A DNA stretch of 64,000 bases from Promethearchaeota archaeon (GCA_048941015.1 JBHLNZ010000003.1:1-64000); one strand, 5' to 3'. Shown: positions 39,591 through 50,337, counted from the first letter of the stretch. Translations and numbers: made by a program. The notes: generated from the sequence alone by a model not told the origin.

Positions 39591-41327
39591 ATGTCAAAAC
39601 AAGTTAGCAATGGCGGAGATTTATTAGTCAAATGCCTTATAAATGAAGGAATTACCAAAATGTTTGGAATTGTTGGCGGAGAACTAACCCGAATTTACGA
39701 TGCTATTGAACGATGGGGGAGAGAAGAGGGCATAGATACTGTAATGGTTCGACATGAACAAGCGGGAGGTCATATGGCAGACGCTTGGGCTAGAACAACA
39801 GGAAAAATTGGAGTTTGCCTTGGCACTGCGGGACCAGGTGTTTCTCATCTTATTCCTGCCGTAGCAGCAGCAAATGCAGACTCAATTCCAATGCTAGTTA
39901 TAGGAGCACAAATTGCACGTATGTTTGATGATTCAGGAATCCTGCAGGGTGGATTGGATCAGATGAGTTTAATGAGACCAATAACAAAATTACAAATTTC
40001 TGTTGAGGAACCTTATGAAATTCCATTTGCTGTACAAAGATGTGTTAAAACAGCAATCTCAGGAAGAAAAGGCCCTGTTTTTCTAGAATTAAGAGAAACT
40101 GCTTTAGTTAGGACTGCTACGGAGGAAGATATGAATAAGATATTGAAACCAGAAAAATATAGACCTAATAACAGACCTTATGGAGATCATGAGATGATAA
40201 ATAATGCATTAAAAATTCTAAAAAATGCTAAGAGGCCCATCATAATTGCTGGAGGAGGAACGATCGCAGCGGAAGCTTCAGAGGATTTAATTAAGCTTTC
40301 TGAAGCCTATAAGATTCCTGCTTTAACTACAGTTATGGGTATTGGTGCGATTAGTTACAATCACAATACATATGCCGGGTCCTATCCCTTATCTAGTACT
40401 TACCGTAGAGCTGCTTCAGAAGCAGATGTTGTTGTAGCGATTGGTTGTAAATGGGATTACACTACAATATATGGGACAGCTCCGGTATGGAATCAAGAGC
40501 AGAAAATTGTACAAATTGATATAGATCCTAAAGAAATTGGAAAAAATAGACCCGTTGAAGTTGGCATTATTGGAGATGCGAAGGCAGTTATAAATCAATT
40601 TCTTAATAGTATGGAAAAAAATCTACCTAAAGAAAAAATAACTGAATGGTCTGAATGGAATGAATATTTACAGGCAGCTCGTGAGAATGATCGAACCATT
40701 ATCCAAAACCTTAAACAATCAAACAAAATTCCAATGAAACCTGAGAGACTTATTGTTGAAATATTAGAATTTATTCCACCCGAGACTCAGTTAGTTATTG
40801 ATGGGGGTGATATTGCTCTTTTTGCTTATGGTCTTATTTCAAATTATCATAGATATCCTAGGAGCACTTTCACTTCTATAGGAATGGGACATTTGGGTGT
40901 AGGAGTTTGTTATGCTATTGCAGCAAAATTAGCTAATCCTGATAAACCTGTAGTATGTATCAATGGGGATGGTAGTTTCTTATTCAATGTCCAGGAATTA
41001 GAAACAGCAGTAAGACTTAATTTACCCATAATTATTATAATTGGAAATAATTGCGCATGGGGGATGCTAAAAACATATCAAAAAAACAACCTAAAAAGAC
41101 GTTATTGTGATGTAGATCTTCCTTCCATTAATTACGCTGAGTTAGCTAAAGGTTTCGGCTGTTATGGTGAGAAAGTGGAGAAGCCAGAAGATATTAAACC
41201 TGCATTAAAAAGAGCAATTGCGTCAAAGAAACCTGCTGTGATTGATGTTAGCATTGCCTTCGGATCACCACCGGCCGGAAAATTTCTAGGATTATATAAA
41301 AAGAATAAGGGTTTATTCGGGAACTAA
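39591..41327 (+). CDS. TPP-dependent enzyme (acetolactate synthase/ILVBL/HACL/Xsc superfamily)
   Basis: VRHEQAGGHMADAWAR, TAGPG, GDGSFLFN...NN TPP motif. Confidence 0.92.
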   Translation: MSKQVSNGGDLLVKCLINEGITKMFGIVGGELTRIYDAIERWGREEGIDTVMVRHEQAGGHMADAWARTTGKIGVCLGTAGPGVSHLIPAVAAANADSIPMLVIGAQIARMFDDSGILQGGLDQMSLMRPITKLQISVEEPYEIPFAVQRCVKTAISGRKGPVFLELRETALVRTATEEDMNKILKPEKYRPNNRPYGDHEMINNALKILKNAKRPIIIAGGGTIAAEASEDLIKLSEAYKIPALTTVMGIGAISYNHNTYAGSYPLSSTYRRAASEADVVVAIGCKWDYTTIYGTAPVWNQEQKIVQIDIDPKEIGKNRPVEVGIIGDAKAVINQFLNSMEKNLPKEKITEWSEWNEYLQAARENDRTIIQNLKQSNKIPMKPERLIVEILEFIPPETQLVIDGGDIALFAYGLISNYHRYPRSTFTSIGMGHLGVGVCYAIAAKLANPDKPVVCINGDGSFLFNVQELETAVRLNLPIIIIIGNNCAWGMLKTYQKNNLKRRYCDVDLPSINYAELAKGFGCYGEKVEKPEDIKPALKRAIASKKPAVIDVSIAFGSPPAGKFLGLYKKNKGLFGN

Positions 41328-41347
41328 AAATTGTAAGGTGGGAAATT

Positions 41348-42151
41348 GTGTCAAAAGAACAATTTTTAAAAGGAAAAGTTGCTCTGATAACGGGAGCTGG
41401 AAGTGGTTTTGGTAGGGAAATGGCAAAAAAATTCGCCAGAACAGGAGCTGATTTAGTGTTAAACGACATTAATATGTTAGGATTAGAGGAAACTCAGGAA
41501 ATTATATTAAAAGATTGTGATGTTGATATCCTTTTAGCAAAAGCAGACATTTCAAATTCAAATGAAGTAAAACAAATGGTAGATGATGTTTTTAAGAAGT
41601 TTGATAACATTTTTCTATTGGTTAACAATGCAGGTATCGATAGTGGATTGTATACTTCATTAAAATCTAAAGAAGAATCTTATGATAAAGTTATGGCGGT
41701 AAATGTTAAGGGAGCTTGGAATGTAACAAAAGCATTTTTTAGAAGGATGAAAAGACAAAAACAATTTAAGCCTATTGTCGGAAAAATTATTAATATAGCA
41801 TCATGTGCAGGAACCGAAAATGGTTTAAATCCTTATTTTGGAATATACAGTGCAAGTAAAGCTGCGCTTATTGCTTTCACTAAATTATGGGCTCTTGAAT
41901 TAGGATCTAGCAATATTACAGTAAATGCAATTTCACCGGGGATTTTCTTGACTCCTATATATAAAAATGATCCAAAGCTAATAAGAATGCTTATGGAAAC
42001 AAGAGGAATAAAATTGCCCATAGATAGAATAGGAGAAGCTAAAGATGTAGCTGATGTTGCTTTATTTTTAGCATCACCCGCAGCGGATTATATTACAGGA
42101 CAAAATATCATTTTAGATGGAGGAATGACCTTAAGTATAAATAAATTATAG
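41348..42151 (+). CDS. Short-chain dehydrogenase/reductase
   Basis: TGAGSGFG, NNAG, YSASK, VNAISPG. Confidence 0.95.
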   Translation: MSKEQFLKGKVALITGAGSGFGREMAKKFARTGADLVLNDINMLGLEETQEIILKDCDVDILLAKADISNSNEVKQMVDDVFKKFDNIFLLVNNAGIDSGLYTSLKSKEESYDKVMAVNVKGAWNVTKAFFRRMKRQKQFKPIVGKIINIASCAGTENGLNPYFGIYSASKAALIAFTKLWALELGSSNITVNAISPGIFLTPIYKNDPKLIRMLMETRGIKLPIDRIGEAKDVADVALFLASPAADYITGQNIILDGGMTLSINKL

Positions 42152-42619
42152 ACTAATCTTTAAGTAATACTAATTCTAACTTATAATTTAATTTCAAGAA
42201 ATTATTTCGGAGTTTAAAAACATATTTTCATATTTATTATTGTTTTTTTTAGATTTGTATAATCAAGAGAAAGTTGAGAAGGCGTTTGTTTCATTAAAAC
42301 TCCATTCAATAAATCTAATGTGGTTTTTTATAGATCAATACTTCTCAATTATTCTCTAACTTTAAGAGATCTATTAATTTATGTCAGAGTTCTTAACTTA
42401 TCATGTATATAAATCTTTTTGATCATAATTAACATTTAACGAATTTAAGATTGATTAACAATATAATTTAATATCCTAACTTAATATAAAATTAGAATTG
42501 TGTCCTATTATCCTTAGTCTTCTTATAGGATTATACAAAAATTAAAATACCAAATTTAATTATCATTTTTATAATTTATCGCAAAACTGAAAATAATATA
42601 GATAAGTGGCTTTAATAAC

Positions 42620-43447
42620 TTGAGAAATACCTCTTTTAAAATTATAGTTTTCATAATGGTCTGCGTTTTTACTTTCAGTTCAATATTACTTATGGTAGAA
42701 GTGAAAGGTGCTGCTGCTACACTAGACCCTGCTATTGGTAAAGCACCCATTATTGATGGAATTATTGATGGTAATATTAACGAGTGGGAAGAAGCTAGCC
42801 CTGTTTCTATACAATTATATCAAAACCTATCAAATCCACAAAATGGGCTTCCAATTGAGATTAAATGCTTACAACAAGGTGAAGATCTTTATATCTGTGT
42901 TCAATTTGAATTAGAACCTGAAGATTTCAAGGATGATGAATTTTTAGGAATCTTAGTATCAAAAAGCCAATCCGAAGCTGAAGAAGATTTCTTTGATGCA
43001 AAAATAGTGCAATTTTCGAATATCACAACAGGGGAATTTGAATTCAAAGATTATTATATTAACAATTCGATATTTAAAGAGGATGATGACTCAATAATTA
43101 ATGGGAATGGTGCAGCAAATCTAATTAATAATAAAATGACTTATGAATTTTCTTTGCCTGTAATAGATTATGATTATGATATCTATGACCAAGTAATAGA
43201 AGCTCTAAGAACTCGTGCTTTCAAAATAATTTTTGGTAATTCCCCATCATATCCAGAAGGAATTTCACATCAAAATATCATATTAATCAATGTCAAATAC
43301 CCCCCAGAAGAAGATAATACACTTGATATAGACTTAATTTATTTAATTCTAACCATTATTATATTTAGTTTCGTTTTTGTAATATTTGGGTTTCAAGTTT
43401 ACAAGATTGCTTTATTAAAATCACAAATTAAAAGAATTGGGGGATAA
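42620..43447 (+). CDS. Membrane-anchored DOMON/CBM9-like extracellular protein
   Basis: Signal peptide, APIIDGII...EW, TYEFSLP, C-terminal TM. Confidence 0.6.
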   Translation: MRNTSFKIIVFIMVCVFTFSSILLMVEVKGAAATLDPAIGKAPIIDGIIDGNINEWEEASPVSIQLYQNLSNPQNGLPIEIKCLQQGEDLYICVQFELEPEDFKDDEFLGILVSKSQSEAEEDFFDAKIVQFSNITTGEFEFKDYYINNSIFKEDDDSIINGNGAANLINNKMTYEFSLPVIDYDYDIYDQVIEALRTRAFKIIFGNSPSYPEGISHQNIILINVKYPPEEDNTLDIDLIYLILTIIIFSFVFVIFGFQVYKIALLKSQIKRIGG

Positions 43448-43448
43448 T

Positions 43449-43868
43449 ATGTCGAAGATCAGAAAAAATAATAATATAAATAATAAAAATTCGAAAAAAT
43501 CATCCAATTCTGATCAGAAATTCGCTTATAGGACTGTCATTCTATCTGTTATTTTAGCCGGAATTTGCTTAATAGTTTCTTTACTCTTTAATGCTGAAAT
43601 CATTACAATCTTTATGGATCAAGGACTTTTTATGGATATTATAGATATTACAATTAAAGTTGTTTCAATACTATTATTTTTTCTATTCATGATTATAAGT
43701 TTAGGGAATTATAAGGAACTTATAGGTGAGCCTCTCAAATTGGGAAATATAATTATAATTTTTATTATCTCATTATTACAAGCATTTAGGAATTCAATAG
43801 TATTTGGTTTTACCTTAACGGGTTTATTATTTTTGTTAATTTATCTCTATTTTGCCCATGAAGGTTAG
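43449..43868 (+). CDS. Membrane protein (4 TM)
   Basis: Hydrophobic segments; ATG at 43449. Confidence 0.6.
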   Translation: MSKIRKNNNINNKNSKKSSNSDQKFAYRTVILSVILAGICLIVSLLFNAEIITIFMDQGLFMDIIDITIKVVSILLFFLFMIISLGNYKELIGEPLKLGNIIIIFIISLLQAFRNSIVFGFTLTGLLFLLIYLYFAHEG

Positions 43869-43911
43869 AAAATGAAAAATTATAATTAATTTTCAAAAAG
43901 TTGATTAGACA

Positions 43912-44622
43912 ATGTTTTTAATCGGTCATCGGGGTACTAGACTCGATTTTGATGAAAACACAATTGAAGCTTTTAAAATCGCGTTAAAATTTGGTGCAAA
44001 AATCATAGAATTTGATGTTAGAAAATTAAAAGATGATAATTTTGTGATATTTCATGATCATTCCCTTGAAAGAACCACAAACTCTAACGGTTTATTGAAG
44101 AATTTTACTTACCAAGAGATTAAGACAATAAAGACTAAAAAACAAGAACGTAAAATACCATTATTATCTGAAGTATTTGAAAGTTTTAAAGGAAAATGTA
44201 AATTCTTAATTGATCTGAAAGATGAAGGAATTTTTGAAGATATAATCAACCTAATTAATAATTATGATTTATTAGATGATTGTATTTTCAGTGGGAGAAA
44301 TTTAAAGGAGTTAATGATGATTAAACACCAATTACCAAATACTCAAGTATGTTATAATATAACAAAAGGTAGAGATTTAAGCTTATCAGAGTTTTCTAAA
44401 TTAGCCAGTAATGGTAGTTTAATTTTTAAACCGGACTTAATCAGTCTAAAGTCAAATCTAATTGATCTTATATTTATCCAAACTTGTCATAAAAATAATA
44501 TTATGGTTCTAGCTTGGGATTTTATAAATTATTCCAATCCTATTAAAGTTATTAAAGATATTATCAAGATGGGTATTGATGGAATTTTATTTGATAACTA
44601 TAAAAATATTTCTCTCATTTAG
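43912..44622 (+). CDS. Glycerophosphodiester phosphodiesterase
   Basis: IGHRG, ENTIEAF, EFDV, HD, GIDGILFD. Confidence 0.92.
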   Translation: MFLIGHRGTRLDFDENTIEAFKIALKFGAKIIEFDVRKLKDDNFVIFHDHSLERTTNSNGLLKNFTYQEIKTIKTKKQERKIPLLSEVFESFKGKCKFLIDLKDEGIFEDIINLINNYDLLDDCIFSGRNLKELMMIKHQLPNTQVCYNITKGRDLSLSEFSKLASNGSLIFKPDLISLKSNLIDLIFIQTCHKNNIMVLAWDFINYSNPIKVIKDIIKMGIDGILFDNYKNISLI

Positions 44623-44644
44623 GAGTGGATATAAAGAAAAAATC

Positions 44645-46693
44645 CTATTTTTCGATTTCAGTAGAACCTGAGGGTAAATAAAGGGCAATTTCTGTTTCAG
44701 GTAAAGCTTTTATCCATTTTTTTAAATCTTCCTTAGTTTTTCTAATGAAAAAGGATTTTATCTCTTTTACTAACTTACCTTTTGAAACACCCCCCCTTGA
44801 AGGTTTTATAATTAGATAATTAGAATCTTGTGCTTTAACAGCCTCAATCGGCCCACATATAATTTTAGGATAAAATCTTTTTTTGTCAGGCTCTAAATCT
44901 ACAACCTTTATACTTATTGCTAATTTAGTTTTAGCATTTTTTATAAAATTCTTCTTTCCTATTATCATAAATGATCCTTTTGATAGATATTCACCTGAAG
45001 GTGGACTTTTTGAAACTTGATCAGGTGTTACATAAAATACGTCTACTACATTCCAAGATTCTTTCCAAGCTTTAGAGTAACTGGCGACGAAATCTGCTGT
45101 TTCTTTAATAGTTGTTTCAGGAATTTCTTTAGAATCAGGATTTTTTATAACTGTTAATGGTGAACCTGAAAAATTGGTATGAAAAACTAAATCATCTTGT
45201 TCCAAATATTTTTTATAAATTAGCTCATTCGTGCTAGCATCTCTTCCTCCAATAATTAAAAATCCATCCGAAGATCTAAACCAATGAAATTTTTGATACC
45301 ATTTCTTCTTTGGTTTTTTAATCAAATATTCAAATTCACTCTCCATCGATTCTTTTTCAAGCTTTAAACTTTCTATTTTTTCTTTAGTTTTTTCAATTGC
45401 AGTTAATGTTCCCTTAATTTTTTTTTCTGCTTTCTTTCCCTTTGAATAAATCAAATTCGCATTTTCACCAACACTTTTATATAAATCTAAATAGACTTCC
45501 TCATCATTAATTCTAATAACCAATTGTTGGGTAGCGGATAAGACTCTATCAAAAAATTTCAAACTCTCTAAATTATTAGTTTTAGCTACTATCAATTTGT
45601 TATTTATTTCATCCCAATTATAACCTTTATCCCTTGCATCTTTGATAACAGTAAACAATTTTTCAAGTTGGTTAAAATTAGCATAAATAAAATCTCCAGA
45701 TTCATAATATTTCTTCTTTTTTTTTTTAAGCTCTTCCAAATATTCTAATTGATTTTTTAGTATTTTTTTTTGAGATTTAATACTTTGAATTACCTTTTGA
45801 TCTGAAGGTTTAAAGATTTTAGAAGAATCAATTTTAGAATAATATTCATCAATTGCTTCATTAAAAGAAGGAAAATATATTTTCTTATAATCTTTAAATA
45901 GATTAAGTTCAAATGGAAAAACACCAAGTTCATTATTTTCCTTGTCAAATAAAATGTAACCCTTAATATCTCCAAATAGTAACTTATTTCTCAAATTATT
46001 GAATTCTTTGAATAATCGATTTAATTCTTCACTTTTTAATTCTTTTCCCTTCTTATTCTTATCAATTCTTGCGCTAAAACAAATTTCTTCACTATATAAA
46101 CCAGCTATTGAAATCTTCCTTGCTAAAATTCTCACAACCTCATCATTTGAATTATAAATGATACTTTTGAAGGTTTCTTCATCTATAGTTAAAAAGTTCT
46201 CTCCTCTTAGAGTTGGAAACGAATATGCTCTATTAGGTAAAATGTCTCTCTCTCTTAATCTAGTGTAATTTTTCGCTACTTTCACTATATCATTCTCATC
46301 TAAAATGATATAATTACCTTTATTAAATAATTCTATAACTAAATTCCAATTTTTACCTTCAAAACTACTTAATTCTAAGACTATAATTCTATCAAAATCA
46401 TGTTGAAAAATACGTAAAATTTTTCTATTTTTTAAAAATTTTCTCATTGAAATTACGAATTGAGAGGGATATTTAGGAATAGGATAATCATAATTTGTTA
46501 AATTGATTCTAGAATCATTTTCAATAATTAAATTTCTTTTACCTAATGAAGGGCTATTAATTTTTAAAAGTAATAGATCATCAATTTCATATATATTTAT
46601 TATTGTTCCATCAGAAAGTTTTTTATCTAATTCTCTTGTAATTGTATATACATCAAAGTTAGAAAAATTAGTAATCCTTTTCATATTCACCAT
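44645..46693 (-). CDS. rqcH: NFACT/Rqc2 (RqcH/NEMF) ribosome quality-control factor
   Basis: FDRIIVL, ELFNKGNYII, KWYQKFHWFRSSDG, GGRDA, QVSKSPPSGEYL. Confidence 0.93.
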   Translation of the reverse strand: MVNMKRITNFSNFDVYTITRELDKKLSDGTIINIYEIDDLLLLKINSPSLGKRNLIIENDSRINLTNYDYPIPKYPSQFVISMRKFLKNRKILRIFQHDFDRIIVLELSSFEGKNWNLVIELFNKGNYIILDENDIVKVAKNYTRLRERDILPNRAYSFPTLRGENFLTIDEETFKSIIYNSNDEVVRILARKISIAGLYSEEICFSARIDKNKKGKELKSEELNRLFKEFNNLRNKLLFGDIKGYILFDKENNELGVFPFELNLFKDYKKIYFPSFNEAIDEYYSKIDSSKIFKPSDQKVIQSIKSQKKILKNQLEYLEELKKKKKKYYESGDFIYANFNQLEKLFTVIKDARDKGYNWDEINNKLIVAKTNNLESLKFFDRVLSATQQLVIRINDEEVYLDLYKSVGENANLIYSKGKKAEKKIKGTLTAIEKTKEKIESLKLEKESMESEFEYLIKKPKKKWYQKFHWFRSSDGFLIIGGRDASTNELIYKKYLEQDDLVFHTNFSGSPLTVIKNPDSKEIPETTIKETADFVASYSKAWKESWNVVDVFYVTPDQVSKSPPSGEYLSKGSFMIIGKKNFIKNAKTKLAISIKVVDLEPDKKRFYPKIICGPIEAVKAQDSNYLIIKPSRGGVSKGKLVKEIKSFFIRKTKEDLKKWIKALPETEIALYLPSGSTEIEK

Positions 46694-46754
46694 TTTATTA
46701 TAAGAATATGATATATAATCATTTTTATAATAAATAATATTTATAACAATAACG

Positions 46755-47171
46755 ATGGTTAAAAAAGAAAAGCGTTTAAAAAGAGTTAATATTAAAAGAG
46801 AGCGTCAAAAGTTAATAAAAGAAAAGAAAAAACAATTTCAAATACAAGATCTACAAGTAGATAAAAAGTCTGAAAAAAAAATAGACATTAGACTTCAGAA
46901 AGAAACAAAGTTGTATTGGATAAGGGCAATTTCAGGTGCTTTAAGTGCGTTCATTGGAATCTTGATAGGTCTCGTAGGCTGGATATTATTGATATGGATG
47001 TTATGTTTTTGGTTTATAACGCCCTTTTTCGTAAGTTTTTTAATATTTAGGTATAAATATAATAAAGAAGAATGGAATTGGAAGAATATCATAAAACCTG
47101 GTTTGGGAATATTTTTCTTCTTATTTATGATTGTGGGTGTAATTACTTTTACTTTTTTAGCTTTTCTTTAG
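46755..47171 (+). CDS. EMC6/Rab5ip-like 3-TM membrane protein
   Basis: LYWIRAISGALSAFIGILIGL...WKNIIKPGLGIFFFLFMIVGVITFT pattern. Confidence 0.6.
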   Translation: MVKKEKRLKRVNIKRERQKLIKEKKKQFQIQDLQVDKKSEKKIDIRLQKETKLYWIRAISGALSAFIGILIGLVGWILLIWMLCFWFITPFFVSFLIFRYKYNKEEWNWKNIIKPGLGIFFFLFMIVGVITFTFLAFL

Positions 47172-47172
47172 T

Positions 47173-47685
47173 TTATTTATTTAATTGAATTATTTGTTTA
47201 ACTTTTTTCTCGACTTTTTCTCCAGAGCTAAAAACAATTTCTTCTAATTTATAAATCCGATTACAATAGACACACTGAATTTTTAATGGTTTTTCTTCTA
47301 ATACTATAAATTCAGTTTCAATAGGTTCTTTATCTGAATTAGAAATGCATGTTTTATTCTGACATAAAATTAATCTCTCAATAATTTTTGGAATCTTTAC
47401 TTTTTTCTTTTCTATAACATGATAATCTTCTATTAATGAAATAGTTGCATTCGGGGAAAGAATAGAAATTTGCTGCATTTGAATTTCATTAAGGAAAGCG
47501 CCTTCTATCTTAATTATATCTTTCTTTTGATATTTTTTAGATGATACATTTACTCCTATTGTCATAAGGTCTGGGGATTCATCTAAACCTGTCAAATTAA
47601 GGATAGTTAAAGCATAACCTGCATCAATATGGTCAATAACGGTTCCCTTCTTTATTTTATCAATTTTAAGTTTTTCTTCTAACAT
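47173..47685 (-). CDS. pyrI: Aspartate carbamoyltransferase regulatory chain
   Basis: IKKGTVIDHI, KKDIIKIE, CQNKTCISN, CVYC; start corrected to the ATG at 47685. Confidence 0.95.
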   Translation of the reverse strand: MLEEKLKIDKIKKGTVIDHIDAGYALTILNLTGLDESPDLMTIGVNVSSKKYQKKDIIKIEGAFLNEIQMQQISILSPNATISLIEDYHVIEKKKVKIPKIIERLILCQNKTCISNSDKEPIETEFIVLEEKPLKIQCVYCNRIYKLEEIVFSSGEKVEKKVKQIIQLNK

Positions 47686-47746
47686 AATTCTGTAGATTAA
47701 ATTATTTTTTAATTGAAAAAATTTTTGAAAAAATCTTATTCTTTCT

Positions 47747-48829
47747 CTATATAATAATGAATGATACAAAAAATAAAATAGTTGATAAAACAAAATTATA
47801 AGATAAATTATCATCAATTTCTAAATCTAAATAATCTAAAAGTCCTATTATTAGGGCGCCAATGGTTGGTATTAGAAAAAATCCTAAAAGACTTGTAATA
47901 AAAAATTCTCTTAATAAGATTAGTATGATAATCCCTGAGATAAAGGCTGTTATCATTCCTGCAAATAATCCCTCATAGGTTTTGTTTGTTTTTCGAATCT
48001 TTTTCTTCCCCAACAACCTACCAATAAGATTTGAATTTGTATCTCCAAAAATCCCCATAGTCATAGATGTGCATATTATTAAAGGCCCAATTGGTTGAAA
48101 TAATCCATATAAAATAATAATAGAAAAACAACCAATACTCATAGAAATATGAGGGCCAAGTCTCATATGTAATTCTTTTTCTCTTAAAATTCGATTTACA
48201 GGTTTTAATGGATAAATATTAGGTTTTAAAATTCTAACAAAATCTACTGTCAATAAACTTATTAGAGAAATTCCTACTAAAGAAACCACTAAGTATTGAG
48301 TAAAGATCATTTTATCTCCCTCAATATTATAAACAGAAAAAAATAAATCTGAAAAAAAATCAGGTAGTAATTGAAATATATAAATAAAAAAATGTTGGAC
48401 CAAAAATCCTAGAGTAAAATAAAAAAAAATAATGGTTAAAACGACAAGATGACTCAACTTTCTATAAATTTCGTATTTTAAGGGTAATTGTTTAATAACC
48501 TGTTTTTCAGAAATCATTTCCAAATTCTTACTTAATTTGACCTTTTTGCGTTCCCTAGAAATTAAAAAATAAAAAAAGGGTAAAAAAAGTAGTATAAAAG
48601 TAATAATAAAAATGTCAAATGGAAAAATAATAAAATCAATTGATGATAAATGTGAAAAATTAACAATTATCAAATTGACGGTTATACTTAACAATAAAAT
48701 GAGTCCATTAACAATGTTATTTTGATACGCTCCTTTCTCATCTTTTTTCTTTGCTAAAAAACCAACGTATAAAATCATTAATCCATAAGCATAAAAAGCG
48801 CTTACGATTATAACCGATAATATATTCAA
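47747..48829 (-). CDS. CTP-dependent polyprenol/dolichol/phytol kinase-family membrane protein
   Basis: YRKLSH, LREKE, GDTNSNLIGRLLG, KTYEG, IDDNL. Confidence 0.8.
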   Translation of the reverse strand: MNILSVIIVSAFYAYGLMILYVGFLAKKKDEKGAYQNNIVNGLILLLSITVNLIIVNFSHLSSIDFIIFPFDIFIITFILLFLPFFYFLISRERKKVKLSKNLEMISEKQVIKQLPLKYEIYRKLSHLVVLTIIFFYFTLGFLVQHFFIYIFQLLPDFFSDLFFSVYNIEGDKMIFTQYLVVSLVGISLISLLTVDFVRILKPNIYPLKPVNRILREKELHMRLGPHISMSIGCFSIIILYGLFQPIGPLIICTSMTMGIFGDTNSNLIGRLLGKKKIRKTNKTYEGLFAGMITAFISGIIILILLREFFITSLLGFFLIPTIGALIIGLLDYLDLEIDDNLSYNFVLSTILFFVSFIII

Positions 48830-48924
48830 ATATAAACAAACTCTCGAATTATTAATTATGAAAATTCAATCATTAATATTAACATTTCCATTGAATAAAA
48901 AAAAAGAAATTGAAATATTAAATA

Positions 48925-50337
48925 TTAAAAATTACTCTCATCGATTTTTGGCATTTCTGGAGAATTTAACGCTATTCTAATCTCTTCATCAGGTAATTCA
49001 TAATCTTCTAAATTCCCTGCCATGAACTCCTTATATGCAAGTAAATCAAAATAACCATGTCCACTAAAATTGAACACTATAACCTTCTTTTCGTTGTTTT
49101 CATGAGCTATTAACGCTTGATCCATTACTTCTTTTATTGCATGACATGTTTCAGGAGCAGGAAGTATTCCTTCTGCTTTAGCAAATCTTATTCCTGCTTC
49201 AATAACTTCAGTTTGGTAATGCATATTAGAAGAAATGATTTTATTGTTATGTAAAATCGAAACCAATGGAGCAATTCCGTGATATCTCAATCCTCCTGCA
49301 TGAATCGGATTTGGGATAAATGAATGCCCTAATGTATGCATTTTTAAAATAGGTGCTTGTTTCGCAGAATCACCATAGTCCCAACGGTAATTCCCTTTAC
49401 ATACACTTGGACAAGCACGAGGTTCAACACCTATTATTTCAACATCGGGGAGAATTCCGTGTATCTTTTCTCTAACAAAAGGAAGTGCAAATCCCATAAA
49501 GTTAGAACCGCCCCCCATACAACCGATTAAAATATCAGGTTCCTCTATCCCTGCTTTTTTTAATTGAATCTTAACTTCTTGCCCAACAATCGTTTGATGT
49601 AGACAAACAAAGTTAACCACGCTTCCTAAAGAATACCGTGCTTTATCACTCCTTAAACTATGCTCTATAGCTTCAGATATAGCAATTCCTAAACTACCGG
49701 GATGATCTGGATTGTTATTGTAAAATAATCTTCCCGATGATGTAAATTCTGATGGACTAGGGAGAACTTCAGCATTATAAGATTGCATTAAAATTTTCCT
49801 GCCCGGTTTTTGAAGAAAACTTGCTCTTACCATATATACTGTGCATTTAATATCAAACAAGTTGCATCCGAAAGACAATCCAGATCCCCATTGCCCCGCT
49901 CCCGTTTCAGTAACCAACTCTTCAATTCCATCTTTTTTAGCATAATAAGCTTGAGCTAATGCAGTATTTGGTTTATGTGATCCGGTTGGAGAAACAGATT
50001 CATTTTTGTAAAAAATTTTAACTTTATCATTAAAAATCCCGAGTTCTTTTTCTAAACCAATAGCACGATGGAGCGGTGTAGGTCTATAAGATCTAGCATA
50101 AATTTCACGTAATTCTGCAGGAATAGGTATAATTGGGTCTTGAGAGACTTCTTGAAGGACACATTCTTTCGGAAAAATTGAGAAAGCCATTTCTGGGGGA
50201 GCAGGTTTGCCATCCATTGGATTTATTAATGGTGTCATAGGAGTTGGTAAATCAGGTAAAATATTTACCCATTCTTTTGGAACTTCACTTGGATCCAATA
50301 AAATTCTTGTATTGAAAATATCTACTATTTTAATCAC
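48925..50337 (-). CDS. trpB2: Tryptophan synthase beta chain, TrpB2 type
   Basis: RPTPLHRA, GSHKPNTA (PLP Lys), TETGAGQWG, GGGSN, HAGGLRYHG, FSGHG. Confidence 0.96.
   Translation of the reverse strand: MIKIVDIFNTRILLDPSEVPKEWVNILPDLPTPMTPLINPMDGKPAPPEMAFSIFPKECVLQEVSQDPIIPIPAELREIYARSYRPTPLHRAIGLEKELGIFNDKVKIFYKNESVSPTGSHKPNTALAQAYYAKKDGIEELVTETGAGQWGSGLSFGCNLFDIKCTVYMVRASFLQKPGRKILMQSYNAEVLPSPSEFTSSGRLFYNNNPDHPGSLGIAISEAIEHSLRSDKARYSLGSVVNFVCLHQTIVGQEVKIQLKKAGIEEPDILIGCMGGGSNFMGFALPFVREKIHGILPDVEIIGVEPRACPSVCKGNYRWDYGDSAKQAPILKMHTLGHSFIPNPIHAGGLRYHGIAPLVSILHNNKIISSNMHYQTEVIEAGIRFAKAEGILPAPETCHAIKEVMDQALIAHENNEKKVIVFNFSGHGYFDLLAYKEFMAGNLEDYELPDEEIRIALNSPEMPKIDESNF

Noticed and set aside
47686-47817. 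N-terminal 44-aa extension of pyrI in the ORF track
   Set aside because: Overlaps the upstream gene; homology begins at the ATG at 47685.
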